DNA of 64,000 nucleotides from Mobula hypostoma (GCF_963921235.1 NC_086097.1:126420001-126484000), one strand, 5' to 3'; shown: positions 38,269-50,420, counted from the first letter of the stretch. A program made the numbers and translations. Notes: generated from the letters alone by a model not told the origin.

Positions 38269-38544
38269 GGAAAAGGTTATACATGTAAAAAAAAGTTTGT
38301 ATAATACTTGCAAATACCTTATCCAAATAAAAATAAAATTAAAAAAAATAAATAAAATAAAATAATCTCCCCTATTTGTCTTAACAGACTCTATACAAGG
38401 AGGATATGTTTAGGGGAGGACTTTGTATGAAATTTCTTTTACAAAATACCAAAGTTAGTATAATTATATTATCTCTTGAGAATAGGTCAACAAATTTTCT
38501 CAATTTATTTGTTTCATATCAAGAACAGATCCATTGAAAAAGAA

Positions 38545-39301
38545 CAGAAACTTGGCAAAATATAGTATTAATGGTAAGACTCTTGGCAGTGTGGAGGATC
38601 AGAGGGATATTGGGGTCCGAGTCCATAGGACACTCAAAGCTGCTGCGCAGGTTGACTGCGTGGTTAAGAAGGCATACGGTGCATTGGCCTTCATCAACCG
38701 TGGGATTGAGTTTAAGAGCCAAGAGGTAATGTTAAAGCTTTATAGGACCTGGTCAGAACCCACTTGGAGTACTGTGCTCAGTTCTGGTCTCCTCACTACA
38801 GGAAGAACGAAGAAACTATAGAAAGGGCGCAGAGGAGATTTACAAGGATGTTGCCTGGATTGGGGAGCATGCCCTGTGAGAACAGGTTGAGTAAACTTGG
38901 TCTTTTCTCCTTGGAGCAACGGAGGATGAGTGGTGACCTGATAGAGGTGTATAAGATAATGAGAGACATTGATTGAGTGGATAGTCAGAGGCCTTTTCCC
39001 AGGGCTGAAATGGCTAACATGAGAAGGTACAGTTTTAAGGTGCTTGGAAGTAGGTACAAAGGAGATGTCAGGGGTAAGTTTTTTACGCAGAGAGTGGTGA
39101 GTGCGTGGAATGGGCTGCCGGTGACGGCGGTGGAGGCAGATACAATAGGGCCTTTTAAGAGACTCCTGAATAGGTACATGGAGCTTAGAAAATTAGAGGC
39201 CTATAGGTAATCCTAGGTAATTTCTAAAATAAGTACATGTTCAGTACAGCATCGTGGGCCAAAGAGCCTGCATTGTTCTGTAGGTTTTCTATGTTTCTAT
39301 G
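38545..39301 (+). mobile_element. CR1 3' fragment
   Basis: EYCAQFWSPHY, QRRFTRMLPGL and FFTQRVVSAWN motifs; (tttctatg) tail. Confidence 0.85.
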
Positions 39302-39639
39302 TCGTTAGGAAGCCTTAAAATACCAACATTCTCAATATACAGAAATCCACAAATCCACTTTTGAGACTCCTGGTAGGGGGTTTCACCTATTATCCAGGTA
39401 GCTTCAAAGGTTTGATGTAATAGCACGTTGTTCCTTCTACAAGATACCAATGGAACTGATATCACTGAACAACAATTTTTTTCAAGTGTGGCTTCCTCAG
39501 AATTATGTCATGCAGGAATTTGGAGAAAAAAGAAATTAACTTTTATTGAATATAAAGTGTTTAATTGCATAACAGTGCTGATGCTTTGCAATAGTTCAAC
39601 TAAGCTAAACATGTTTTGTTGATTATTTTTGTTTGTACT

Positions 39640-39800
39640 CTGTGTCTGAGGCTTCTCACTTAAATGTACCACAATAATTAGATGGCACTGATGGATTCCA
39701 GTTGCCCTGATGCAGTTTCTCCAAATTCCCAATGTCCTGGTGAAAACTTTCATCGTGCTCATCATTGACAATGTCAAGATTTACAGGGAAGAAGTCTAAA
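39640..39800 (-). mobile_element. Transposase-like remnant of uncertain DNA-transposon family
   Basis: Minus-strand DFFPVNLDIVNDEHDESFHQDIGNLEKLHQGNWNPSVPSNYCGTFK resembles a recurrent transposon-derived motif (DFFP..GAVSDEHGERFHQDI..YQG.W), recalled from memory. Confidence 0.55.
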
Positions 39801-40539
39801 TGGGAATGTAACAAATGTGAGGGGTCTAGGCTTTGTTGTGGTCGCCAATTTTACCCCCAACGTAGAGTTCATAGGTTTTCTTAACAAGAGGGGTCAAGCT
39901 CCGACTTTGAGATTTAAGCCTATACTTGCCACAAATATAACAGTATTGACGCTGTTGCAACTTTGGCGAGACATTTTGCTATCACAAGTACTCCCGAAAA
40001 TACACTTTGTTATGAGTACACACAATATGCTGTCCACGTACAGCATGCACATCAACGTGATCACAAATCGATATACATGTAAACACAACGTGTGTACATG
40101 ATGCTGCTTTTATAGCCTTTCTAAAACCTGTCCTGCCATGCAGCATCTGCCCTGCCTAAGCATACCTGGTATGTACGGACAAGATAGAAAACTTTTCAGC
40201 TCACACGAAGGACAACATTTTAATTGACTTGAATTATGAATTGAAATAACAAGTCTGGGTGGATACAAAAAAACTGGTGCTTGATATGGAAATTCCATGG
40301 TGATTTTCATGATCAGCAGCCAAAAATCAATAAAATATACCCAAAAGTATTCAGGAACACAAAATCTTTGTTGTCCAGTGTATTCTGCAACAAAAGCACT
40401 GGATTTTTCAGATGATTAATGTGGTCAATTTGAAGCAAGAAAAAGTGACTCCATTGGGAAGTTCCAATAATATATTGATATGATAATATATAATAACCTG
40501 ATAGGAAGTGACTTGGAATCGTGGAATGGTTACAACATT

Positions 40540-40910
40540 GGAATTGGTCATTCAGCTCTCTGTGTCTATGCAGGCCCTCTTCCACGCACTAGTTCCACCC
40601 CAGTGCTCCTCCTCTGAAGCCATGTAAATTTCTCTCCACTATATATTTATCCCGTTATCTCTTGAAGGCCATAGTGAAATTTGATTGCAACACACTTGCT
40701 GGCATTGCATTCCAGATTCCAACCAAGCACTGTGTAATAAAGCTCGTCTTCGTTATCAACCCTGTCCAGACCCTTCTTTAAAGGTCTCCTTAATCTTCTG
40801 TTCTCCAAAGAAAACAATCCCTGACTCTCTGATCTATCCTTGTAACTACTGTCCTTCTCAATAACTAGTCTCATAAATCTCCTCTGGACTCTCCCCAATG
40901 CCTTGTCATC
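40540..40910 (-). mobile_element. Old CR1 3' fragment
   Basis: ORF GRVQRRFMRL...GLFSLENRRLR. Confidence 0.6.
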
Positions 40911-41074
40911 CTTAAGGAAGGGTAGGTGCTCCTCAAGTTTGGAAAGGGCATCTACGGCATGAAATATTAGTAAGGCTCCGGAAAATCAAAACCCCTTCCC
41001 ACCCATTAAGGAAGATCAGTTGCTGTAGAAAGTGATTCCATTCATCTGGCCATACCTGGAACTTTAAACCAATT

Positions 41075-41555
41075 CTTAAGACCATAAGATATTGGAGCAG
41101 AAGTAGGCCATTCGGCCCATCGAGTCTGCTTCGCCATTCAATCACAGGCTGATCCAATTCTTCCAGTCATCCCCACTCCCCTGCCTTCTCCCCATACCCT
41201 TTGATGCCTTGGCTAATAAAAAAACCTATCTATCTCTGCCTTAAATGCACCCAATGATTTGGCCTCCACAGCAGTGCGGCAACAAATTCCACAGATTTGC
41301 TGCCCTCTGACTAAAGTAACTTCTTCGCATCTCTGTTCTAAATGGGCGTCCTTCAATCCTGAAGTTGTGCCCTCTTGTCCTAGACTCCCCTACCATGGGA
41401 AATAACTTTTCCATATCTGTTCGGGCCTTCTAACATTCGGAATGTTTCTATGAGATCCCCCCTCATTCTCCGGAACTCCAGGGAATACAGCCCAAGTGCT
41501 GCCAGACGTTCCTCATACAGTAACCCTTTCATTCCTGGAATCATTCTCGTGAATA
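41075..41555 (-). mobile_element. CR1 3' fragment with tail
   Basis: Reverse-complement CR1 end with (tcttatgg) tail. Confidence 0.8.
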
Positions 41556-41590
41556 TAATTCTTACATCAATATAATTGCAAAATATTCAC

Positions 41591-41686
41591 CTTTAGCAGA
41601 GCAAACACCTGTTTCTCTGATGTTATTTTCTTTTGTCCAGGAACAATGAAGTTTTTCACTCGCTCTACTGCAGTTGCTTGTAGATT
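41591..41686 (-). CDS. Host gene candidate exon I (NLQATAVERVKNFIVPGQKKITSEKQVFALLK)
   Basis: cttttctccag acceptor, AAG|gtgaat donor, 96 nt, phase 0->0 (the phase 1->1 frame is also open). Confidence 0.6.
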
Positions 41687-41949
41687 CTGGAGAAAAGCTT
41701 CAGAGAGGGGAGGGCATTAAATAATGAATAGCCATTTGCTTCCTTGGGAATGCTTCACTATTAACTAGATTGTTTTCATCTATATTTAATTTCATTTACT
41801 CCCCTTAATATCTATTTTGTTTATTACAGTGAACATTTGCCCATCTCTGCACTCAGGCACTGTTTAATTGTGCTTCAGTTTGTATATTGGCTCCTGTGTC
41901 TTCTCCTAGTCTCAGAACTAGAATGGGAGACAATATCAACTTAAAAAGA

Positions 41950-43190
41950 CCCACAACATACACAAAATGCTGGAGGAACTCAGCAGGTCAGGCAGCATCT
42001 GTGCAAAAGAATAAGCAGTCGACGTTTCGGGCTGAGACCCTTAATCAGGACTGGAAAAAGGAGATGGGTTGTCAGAGTAAGAAGGTGGGACGAGGGGAGG
42101 AAGAAATACAAGGTAGCAGGTGATAGGTGAAACCAGGAGAAGGGAGGGGTGAAGTAAAGAGCTGGGAAGTTGATTGGTGAAAGAGATACAGGGCTGGAGA
42201 AGGGGGAATCTGATAAGAGAGGACTGGAGGTCACAGAAGAAAGGGCAGAGGAGGAGCACCAGAGGGAGGTGATGGGCAGGTAAGGAGATACAGTGAGAGA
42301 GGGAAATGGGAATGGGGAATGGAAAAGGGGGGGGGGGGTGCAACTACCAGAAGTTCGAGAAATCAGTATTCATGCCATCAGGTTGAAGGCTACCCAGATG
42401 TAAAATAAGGTGTTGCTCCTGCAACGCAGCATTAGAGGAGGTCATGGACTGACATGTTGGAATGGGAATGAGAAGTAGAATTGAAATGGCTGGCCACTGG
42501 GTGATCCTGTTTTCTCTGGCAGATGGAGCGTAGGTGCTTGCAAAGTGGTCTACCAATCTACATCGGGTCTCACCGATATACAGGAGGTCACACCAGGAGC
42601 ATCGAATACAGTGGATGACCCCAACAGACTCACAAGTGAAGTGTTGTCTCACCAGGAAGGACTGCTTGGGGCCCTTAATAGTAGTGAGGGAGGAGGTGTG
42701 GCACTTGCTCCAATTGCAAGGGTGAGTGCCAGAAGGGAGATCAGTGAGGAGGGGCAAATGAACAAGGGAGTCATGTAGAAGGAAGGAAAGCCCCTGTCTT
42801 TGAAGGAAGGGGACATCTCAGTAGTTTTGGAATGAAATGCCTTATCCCGAGAGCAGATGCAGTGGAGATGGAGGAATTCAGAGAAGGGGATGGCGTTTTT
42901 ACAAGTGACGGTGGTACGAGATATAATCCAGGTAGCTGTGAGAATAAAAGATATCTCTTTTATAAACCCAGTGGATAAACTGTCTCCAGAGATAGAGACA
43001 GAGAGATTGAGAAAGAGGAGGGAGGTGTCAGAAATGGACCAGGTAAACTTGAGGGCAGTGTGGAAGTTGGAGTCAAAGCTGATGAAGTTGACAAGCTTGG
43101 CATGGGAGCATGAAGCAGCACCAATGCAGTCATCGATGCGGCATAGGAAAAGTTGGGGAGTGGTACCGGTGTAGGTTGGGAACATAGACT
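41950..43190 (-). mobile_element. Penelope-like element (RT C-terminus, GIY-YIG, tail)
   Basis: ORFs 42649..43200 (RIDDC, LKFTW, FLNLSV) and 42344..42757 (CIRC..LLYIGET); mutated hammerhead motif at 42016-42053. Confidence 0.85.
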
Positions 43191-43194
43191 GGCT

Positions 43195-44362
43195 TTTCAA
43201 CCCAGAACTAATGAGATGTCCCCCTTCTTCAAAGAAAGGGGCTTTCCTTCCTCCACCATCAATGCTGCACTCACCCGTATCTCTTCCATTTCACACATGT
43301 CTGCCCTCACCCCATCCTCCCACCACCCCAGAGGGATAGTATTCTTCTTGTCCTCACCTACCATTCCACCAGCTTCCACAGCCAGCACATAATTCTCCGT
43401 AATGTCCGCCACCTCCAATGGGATCCCACCACCAAGCACATCTTTCACACTCCCCCCACTTCCTGGTCTTCCCAGGGATTGCTCCCTATGTTACTCCCTT
43501 GACTGTTTGTCCCTCCCCACTGATCTCCCTCCTGGTACTTATCCTTGCAAGTGCAACAAATGCCACATCTGCCTCCACACCTCCTCCTTCACTACTAGTC
43601 AGGGCCCTAAACAGTCCTTCCAGATGAGACAACACTTCACCCGTGAGTCTGTTGGGGTCATCTACTGTATCCGGTGCTCCTGGTGTGGCCTTCTTTATAT
43701 CGGTAAGACCCAACATAGATTGGGAGACTGCTTCGCTGAGCACCAAAAAAGGTGGGATCTCCCAGTGGCCACCCATTTTAATTCTACCTCCCATTCCCAT
43801 TCCAACATGTCAGTTCGGCTTCCTTTACTGCTGCAATGAGGCCACACTCCGTTTAGAGAAGCAACACCTTAAGTTCCATCCGCGTAGCCTCCAACTTGAT
43901 GGCATGAACATCGATTTCTCAAACTTCCAGTAATTGCCCCCCCGCCCAATTTTCTCCTCTATTCCCCATTCCCTCTCTTAATGTATCTCCTTACCTGCCC
44001 ATCTGCTCCCTCTGGTGCTCCTCTCCCTTTCCTTTCTTCCATGGTCTTCTGTCGTCTCCTATCAGATTCCCCTTCTCCAGCCCTGTATCTCTTTCACCAA
44101 TCGACTTCCCAGCTCTTTATTTCACCCCTCCCCATCTCCCAGTTTCACATATCACCTATTACCTTGTACCTCTTCTCCCCCTCCCCCCACCTTCTTACTC
44201 TGATTGAACATCTTTTTTTTCCCAGTCCTGATGAAGGGTTCTCAGCCCGAAACATCGACTGTTTACTCTTTTTCATCAGTGCTGCCTGACCTGCTGAGTT
44301 CCTCCAGCATTTTGTGTGTGTTACTTTCATTTCCAGCATCTGCAGATTTTCTCTTGTTTGTG
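43195..44362 (+). mobile_element. Penelope-like element (thumb, GIY-YIG, tail), inverted relative to its neighbour
   Basis: FFKERGFP and VIYCIRCSWCGLLYIGKT motifs; hammerhead motif at 44223-44261. Confidence 0.85.
44223..44261 (+). ncRNA. Minimal hammerhead ribozyme motif
   Basis: cagtc-CTGATGA-a-gggtt ctc agccc-GAAAC-ATC-gactg. Confidence 0.6.
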
Positions 44363-44412
44363 ATTTAACAAAGCACTGCACTAGTAGAAGGCGGGTTCCT
44401 TTACCTATAAAC

Positions 44413-44614
44413 CTAGGCAAAATACCAAATGAGGGTTTTGCTTTGACACAACAATGGGTTGGTAGGGAGTGCTAACAAGGCAACTTCCTGGCAGAATTTC
44501 ATGGAATGGTAGTTTTCCATCCAATCTTCCTTCATGCATTGCTTCCTTTCCGTAAACATGAATTTGTCCCTCCATTTGGCAAAACTTCCCCTTTCTCCAA
44601 TGAAGACGAAGAAT
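44413..44614 (-). CDS. Host gene candidate exon H (FFVFIGERGSFAKWRDKFMFTERKQCMKEDWMENYHSMKFCQEVALLALPTNPLLCQSKTLIWYFA*)
   Basis: gttgtgttacag acceptor, phase 2 start; matches ORF 44413..44625. The 3' boundary is uncertain because the phase-0 donor (tag|gtttat) follows a TAG codon. Confidence 0.55.
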
Positions 44615-45427
44615 CTGTAACACAACAGATTTTCCTATTTATACTCCATCGAAGGATTACTTAGTGGTCAGTCACAAAGCAGCATAATCTGCTTAGTGGT
44701 CCTGGGTAAGGTTGTCCTTGGGTTATTAATGCCCATCTGACAAGGGAATCGCTTTCAGTTTTGGGGCAGTTAAGGCTATACCCTCTATAAAATAAGGGTA
44801 TATCCTCTATACCCTCTGCTTGGGCATGCTCAGACACACAGGACTGCTCCTTTCACACCCCCACTGGAAGCTTTTTAATCTACTATTCTGCAGCTGCTAA
44901 GGGAAGTGTTTGTTAAATTTTGACTCATTTTTTCAGTCGCCTGTACAGTTGTGACAAAGCAGATCTTCCAATCTCTGCAGGGTTGTCTCCCAGGTAAAAT
45001 TGTACCACCTGATTTGGAATGAAAAGACACATTTTTTAACCAAGTTTTTAAACATATTTCCCAACTTTTTGAAGAAAGTCAAAGTAAAGAAAAGTAAATA
45101 AAAGTAAAGTAAGGAAAGCAGCAGTGTTGAGGCACATCAAAATACTGAGCATTGTTAACAAGGGCACCTATGTAGAATACAATATTCACATTACAAATGC
45201 TATTGATTGCTTAAAATTGAGGTCAATAGAAATATGCAAGCACATACGGTGCCCATTAGGATACCAAATTAGGGTGAACTTTAATTTGTAGGCAACAGTG
45301 CAATACAATGTTAAAAGAGCCATTTGTTAACTCACACAATGATATGCAGATCTAATCAACTGAAAATATGAAATATGCCAAAATCCTGTCAACTGAGACA
45401 TATACCTTTCTCTCAACTCTTTCTTAC

Positions 45428-45477
45428 TGGCCATCTTGTTCAAAGAAACAAGCAAAAGTGAGTTTTTCTTTTCCAAT
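45428..45477 (-). CDS. Host gene candidate exon G (IGKEKLTFACFFEQDG)
   Basis: tttcttttgtag acceptor, CA|gtaaga donor, 50 nt, phase 0->2. Confidence 0.6.
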
Positions 45478-45589
45478 CTACAAAAGAAACAGGAGAACAC
45501 TTTATGGATCACATTTCCCAGGCTGCGTTTCAAGTATAGCCCCCAATTCTTTGTAATGTAACTTACTAAAATATCAAAGCTATCAGAGT

Positions 45590-45890
45590 TCAGCATGCTA
45601 CAGAGCACTAACTTCTGCAGATGTATTGTTAAAAGTATCCTGACTGGTTACACCGTAGCCTGGCTCCGCAGTTTGAATGCATAGGGACATATAAAGCTGC
45701 AGAGAGTAACAGACCTAGCCCGCTGATATATTCCTCTCCACTGTCAGTGATATCTACATGAGACGGTTCTTCACGAGGGTAACATCTATCATCAAAGATA
45801 TCCACCATCTGGGCCATGTCCTCTTCTTACATCTACCATCAGGCAGAAGTCTGAAGTCTCACACCACCAGATTCAAGAACAGCGATTTCG
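45590..45890 (+). mobile_element. Old Rex/Babar-type fragment
   Basis: gtatcctgactggt...cctgg and catctatcatcaaaga...accatcaggcag similarity to other copies. Confidence 0.55.
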
Positions 45891-46413
45891 ATGGAGTTGT
45901 TTAATTTTGCTTCATAAACATAAGTACTGAAGTTAGGCCAGCAGAAACAACTAGTTAATTTCTTCAACAATGCACAATTTCAAAATGTCCAAAATATATT
46001 AGTGTGAAGTCAGCAAAGACCTCACTGGGGAAATTTGTGGAAGAAAGAAGCAGCTTGCTGCCTGCCCTACTTTTCTGACACATTTTATTATCACAAAGAA
46101 TTGCTATAATATGCATTAATTACCTCAAAATGTGCAAATTATTCATTTGAAGTCTTTGGTCAGTGTATCGGATTATTTTGTTGAAATCATTAACCTGTTG
46201 AGACAAAACAGCATTTTTTAAAATTTTAAAATTACTTTAAACAATGAAACCAAGTCAACCAAGTTAAGAATACACTCAATACATAACTCCTGCCCTGAAT
46301 GAGACAGGTCGATGCAAACAGCTTCTAATAGAAGCACTGATATTTAACTCTTCAAAGAGGAGCAATTCCAGGATGTTTACATAAGTTGTCAAGTGCTAAA
46401 TTCCTAAGCTTAC

Positions 46414-46450
46414 CTTCAGACTTGGCATTCCATAAGCTCGTGTTCTGTGG
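46414..46450 (-). CDS. Host gene candidate exon F (HRTRAYGMPSLK)
   Basis: ttttctccag acceptor, AAG|gtaagc donor, 37 nt, phase 2->0. Confidence 0.6.
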
Positions 46451-46519
46451 CTGGAGAAAATTGTTTCTAGTATCCATGTCTAGCTGGGACAGGCACTGCT
46501 TAGGCAAGGATTAGCTTAA

Positions 46520-47005
46520 CATGTAGGAAGGATGTCACTAATTTGGAAGGATTTATGAGATTGTTATTGGGACTAGAGAGCTTCAGTTACAAGGAGAGGC
46601 TGTTAAGGCTGAGACTCTTTTCCTTAGAGCTTAGAAGGCAGAGGAGAAATCTTATGTACAATCCTAAGAGGTGCATATAAACTGGATAGTGGACTCCAAA
46701 CCTAGATGACATTAATTTAAGTTGAGAGGTAAAAAATTTTAAAGGGACCTGAAGGGAAACTTTCTCACAAAGGGTGGTGGGTACTGTAAATGAAATGAGC
46801 TGTCAGAGGAAGCGGTAGAGGCAGATTCACATACAATGTTTAAAAGGCACTTGGATAATTAAAATGTTTTAAGAGCACGTGAAATACTTAGAGAGCCAAT
46901 GGGCCAAATACAAGTGAGGGGGACTACTTGGGTAGACATTTTAGTCAGCATGGATGGGTTGGATCAAAGGGCCTGTTTCTGTATTATGTAATTCTATGGC
47001 TCTAA
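46520..47005 (+). mobile_element. Old CR1 3' fragment
   Basis: Degenerate CR1 C-terminus and tail. Confidence 0.65.
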
Positions 47006-47644
47006 AACTGGGCACAGCCTATAGTGGGCCCCACTGATTTCAATGGATATTGTAGGGCCACCAGTAAAAAACCAATAGAGGAGTTATTTTCCAAAAGTTA
47101 GAATTTCTTTCCAAAATTATCTATACTTTTTTAAAAAATGTAATAGTTTTAATATTCTAATTATTTACTTCACTTTTGTTAGATTTATGATATCCCTAAA
47201 TGTTAGAGACATTCAGCAGTTATTATAAACTTTGAGAGCAGGTAGAGCTTTGCTGGAGGTCAGAGCTATCAGGAGTTTTCCAGGGCAGGGTTTCTCCAGT
47301 TTCCCCATTTGGGGCCCTGTCACTGCTCAGGCCTCACCTCTGGAGTTAGGGATACCACAGGCCTGTTCCTGGACCATGTAACCATGAGCATGGCATGACT
47401 GAGGCTGCTCAGTGCAGGAAGCAGACACATGGCAACAAAGTCTGGCCCATTGCTGTTATTACAATCAATCGTCAGAACTTGGTGAAACGTCAACCAATGC
47501 TGCATGACAGATTTTATTTCAGATTTCCAGTGTCTACAGTGCTTTTTCAATAGAGGATCCAATCTGTCTCAAATAGTCTAACGGGAGGGACTGATTATTC
47601 AAAACACTCTTCACTCAGAAGCTGAATTTTGTTTAATGGAAATT

Positions 47645-48260
47645 TAGAGCCACAGAGTAACACAGAAGGAAAACAGGCTCTTTGGCCTAATTAATGCCAA
47701 CCAAGATGCCCATCTAAGCTAGCCCATTTGCCCTTCTAAATCTTTCCTATCCATGTACCTATCCAAATATCGCTTAAATTGCCTTTATTTTACCTGCCTC
47801 AACTACTTTCTCTGGCAGCTCGTTCTGCACATGTGTGAAGAAGTTGTCCCGCAGGTCCCTTTTAAAGTTTTATCCTCTAAACCTTAAACCTATGCCCTCT
47901 AGTTATGTGCTCCATCATGGGCACAAGCCTCTCCACCATCGAAGACATCTTTAACAGGCTGTGCCCCGAGAATGCAGCATCCATCATTAAGGGTCTTTAC
48001 TATCACACCCTCTTCTCGTTACTACCATCAGGGAGGAAGTACAAGAGCCTGAAGACCCACACTCAGCAATTTAGGAACAGCTTCTTCCCTTCTGCCATCA
48101 GGTTTCTGAGTGATCCATGAACCCATTTCCTTCCTGTTTTGGTCTCTCCATTTACTTTTGTAACTTCGAGTTTTTTTATGTCTTGCACTGTACCGCTGCT
48201 GCAAAATAACATATTTCACAGCGTATGTCAGTGATAGTGAACATCATTCCGATTATGAAT
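47645..48260. mobile_element. Inverted CR1 tail (47645-47904) abutting a plus-strand Rex/Babar 3' end (47905-48260)
   Basis: ORF LFSLLPSGRKYKSLKTHT..FRNSFFPSAIRFL. Confidence 0.65.
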
Positions 48261-48714
48261 TCACAAACTTCTCCAGTTAAAAATCTGTCAGCCTTGACAA
48301 CAGGCAAAACTTTGCCAGAGGTCAAAGTTATTGGGAATGTTTTGGGTAAGATCGATCTCGACGTGTCACGATCACTGACATACAATGTGAAATTTGTCAT
48401 TTTGTGGCAGCAGTAGATGAGAGGCACTTATATTGTACAGTCCACTTTACCGGAATCAGGAATGTTTCAGGCCAGTCGATATCGAGACAAGGAAGGGTGT
48501 AGCATGTCCAAATGGCCATAACTAATAATATTCCAAGAAATCAGTATCACTATATGCCAGAAATGTAAATGGCATGAGGCAATATTCATGACTGGAACTG
48601 TTAATATGGACCTTTGGAATTAATAGTCCAAATCAGAGAAAGAAGGTGGGCGTAAGGAAACATAAAACACATTCACCTGAACTGTAACTTGAAGGTAAAG
48701 AGTCTACTACAATA

Positions 48715-49085
48715 AATAAAAACAGAAACTGTGAGACACATTTAGTAGGCCAGGCAGAAACTTACGGCAGCAGAACACACATTTTAACCAAAGTAAAAAC
48801 AGGGAATACTGGAACCACTCAGCAGGTCAGGCAGCGCTGGTGGAAGGAGAAACTTAAGGTCAGAGACTCTTTGTCAGAACAGTAAATGAAAATCAGTAAA
48901 ACTGCAGATGCTGGAAATCTGAACTAAAAACAGAAAATGTTGGAAAAATACAAAAGGTCAAACAGTTCTGCGAAAAGAGAACCCATTTAAAGAAATGTCT
49001 TGGACCTAAAACGTTAACCTTATTTCTCTTTCCACCAATGCTATACCTGATCCACTCAATGCTTCCAGCATTCCTGCTTTTCTTT
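48715..49085. repeat. Cluster of degenerate PLE terminal fragments in both orientations
   Basis: ctggaaccactcagcaggtcaggcagc, ctgcagatgctggaaatct and ttccagcatt motifs. Confidence 0.55.
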
Positions 49086-49797
49086 TGTCAGAGTAAGTCT
49101 TCTGCTGCAGTAAAGTTAGACCAGACGTTATTTATGTTACTTACCTACATATAGAAGTTTAATTTTGTGATATGTGATTATGGGAAAACTGGGTAAGTGT
49201 CATTATGCATTATCTATAAGAACACTAGATTATTTATTTTTAAGTGGCACCATCACCTTCTGAAACTCAGTGGATAAGGAATGCTCCGCGTTTGTTAAAG
49301 CTGGGCACCCTCACCAGACCCCTGTGGGAGGACAGGACAGGGAGGAAGCTTCTCATCCTTTCCACACTAACAAATCCCATGCACAGTGTTCAGAAGACCA
49401 ATAATTAAGTGTGAACTTGGGGATATTAATATGGAGTTCTGCCAAATAAAATTTTTATCTTAATTTTATGACAAGTTGTACTGCAATGAGCAAAAGGTAA
49501 GCAAACAAATAAAGCCTTTCTCACTTTGCTTTATAGACAGGGCACTTCTTAAAAAGTAATTTACTAACTACTGTGAAATACAGCAAACTATTAATACCTT
49601 GCACAGCAAATCTTGCACACAGTTGTGCAGTTTAACATTCTCAGCGGCGAGCATCTTACATTCTTTGATCCTTTTGATGATATGTTTTTGCACTGATTCG
49701 TGCTGAAATACAAATCACACTTAAATAATTACAGAAACCAGAGTCTCAGTAATGTGTTATATGCTGATTACAAACATCTTTGCAACAAAAATCACAT

Positions 49798-50420
49798 ACT
49801 GGAGGACAGCCTTGTCGAGTACCTTGGCTCCATCTGCAAAAGTGGAATTTCCTATCCCTATTCCCGTTCCAAATTGTTGGTCCATGGCCTCCTCTTCTGC
49901 CATGATGAGGCCACTCTTGGGTTGGAGCAGCACCACCTCCTATTCCGTCTAGGAAGACTCCAACCTGATGGCATGATTTCTCCAGCTTCTGGTTAATTCC
50001 ATCCTCTCCCCCCTCCGTCTTCTTCTATTTCCCACTCTGGCCTCTTACCTCTTCTCCTCCCCTGCCTATCACCACCCCCTGGTGCCCCTCCTCCTCCACG
50101 TTCTCCCATGATCCACTCACTCTCCTATCAGATTCCTACTTCTCCAGCCCTTTGCTTTTTCCACTTATTATCTCCCATCTTCTTACTTCATCAACCCCTC
50201 TCCCACCCACCTGGCTTCACCTACCTCCTTCTAACTTATCCTCCTTCCCCTCCCCCCACCTTCTTATTCTGGCTTCTTCCCCCTTCCTTTCCAGTTCTGA
50301 TGAAGGCTCCCGGCCAGAATCATCGACTGTTTAATTATTTCCATAGATTCTGCCTGACTTGCCGCGTTCCACCAGCATTTTGCGTGTGTTGCTCTGGACT
50401 CCCAGCACCTCTTGTGTTTG
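49798..50420 (+). mobile_element. Penelope-like 3' fragment
   Basis: HGLLFCHDEATLGLEQHHLLFRLGRLQPDGM; degenerate hammerhead motif at 50292-50329. Confidence 0.75.

Larger units (their letters stand above)
30767..38358 (+). mobile_element. Near full-length decayed L1-clade LINE
   Basis: ORF1 (30885-31870) has RSRRENVRIYGVPE, ERAH and LYPARL. ORF2 APE starts ~32230 (SYNVNG, FLQET, GGDFN, SRIDY, SDH); RT has [11 protein letters not shown] and LFADD. A-rich tail; candidate TSD aaaataat at 30759-30766 and 38359-38366. Confidence 0.88.

Noticed and set aside
40341..40384. Minus-strand 44-nt segment with a good acceptor
   Set aside because: Its phase does not fit between exons I and J, and the donor is weak; left out of the model.
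45406..45477. Alternative reading LEKKNSLLLVSLNKMASKKELRE with donor ag|gtatat
   Set aside because: Frame-compatible only if exon F is skipped; the model using exon F and the stronger gtaaga donor was preferred.
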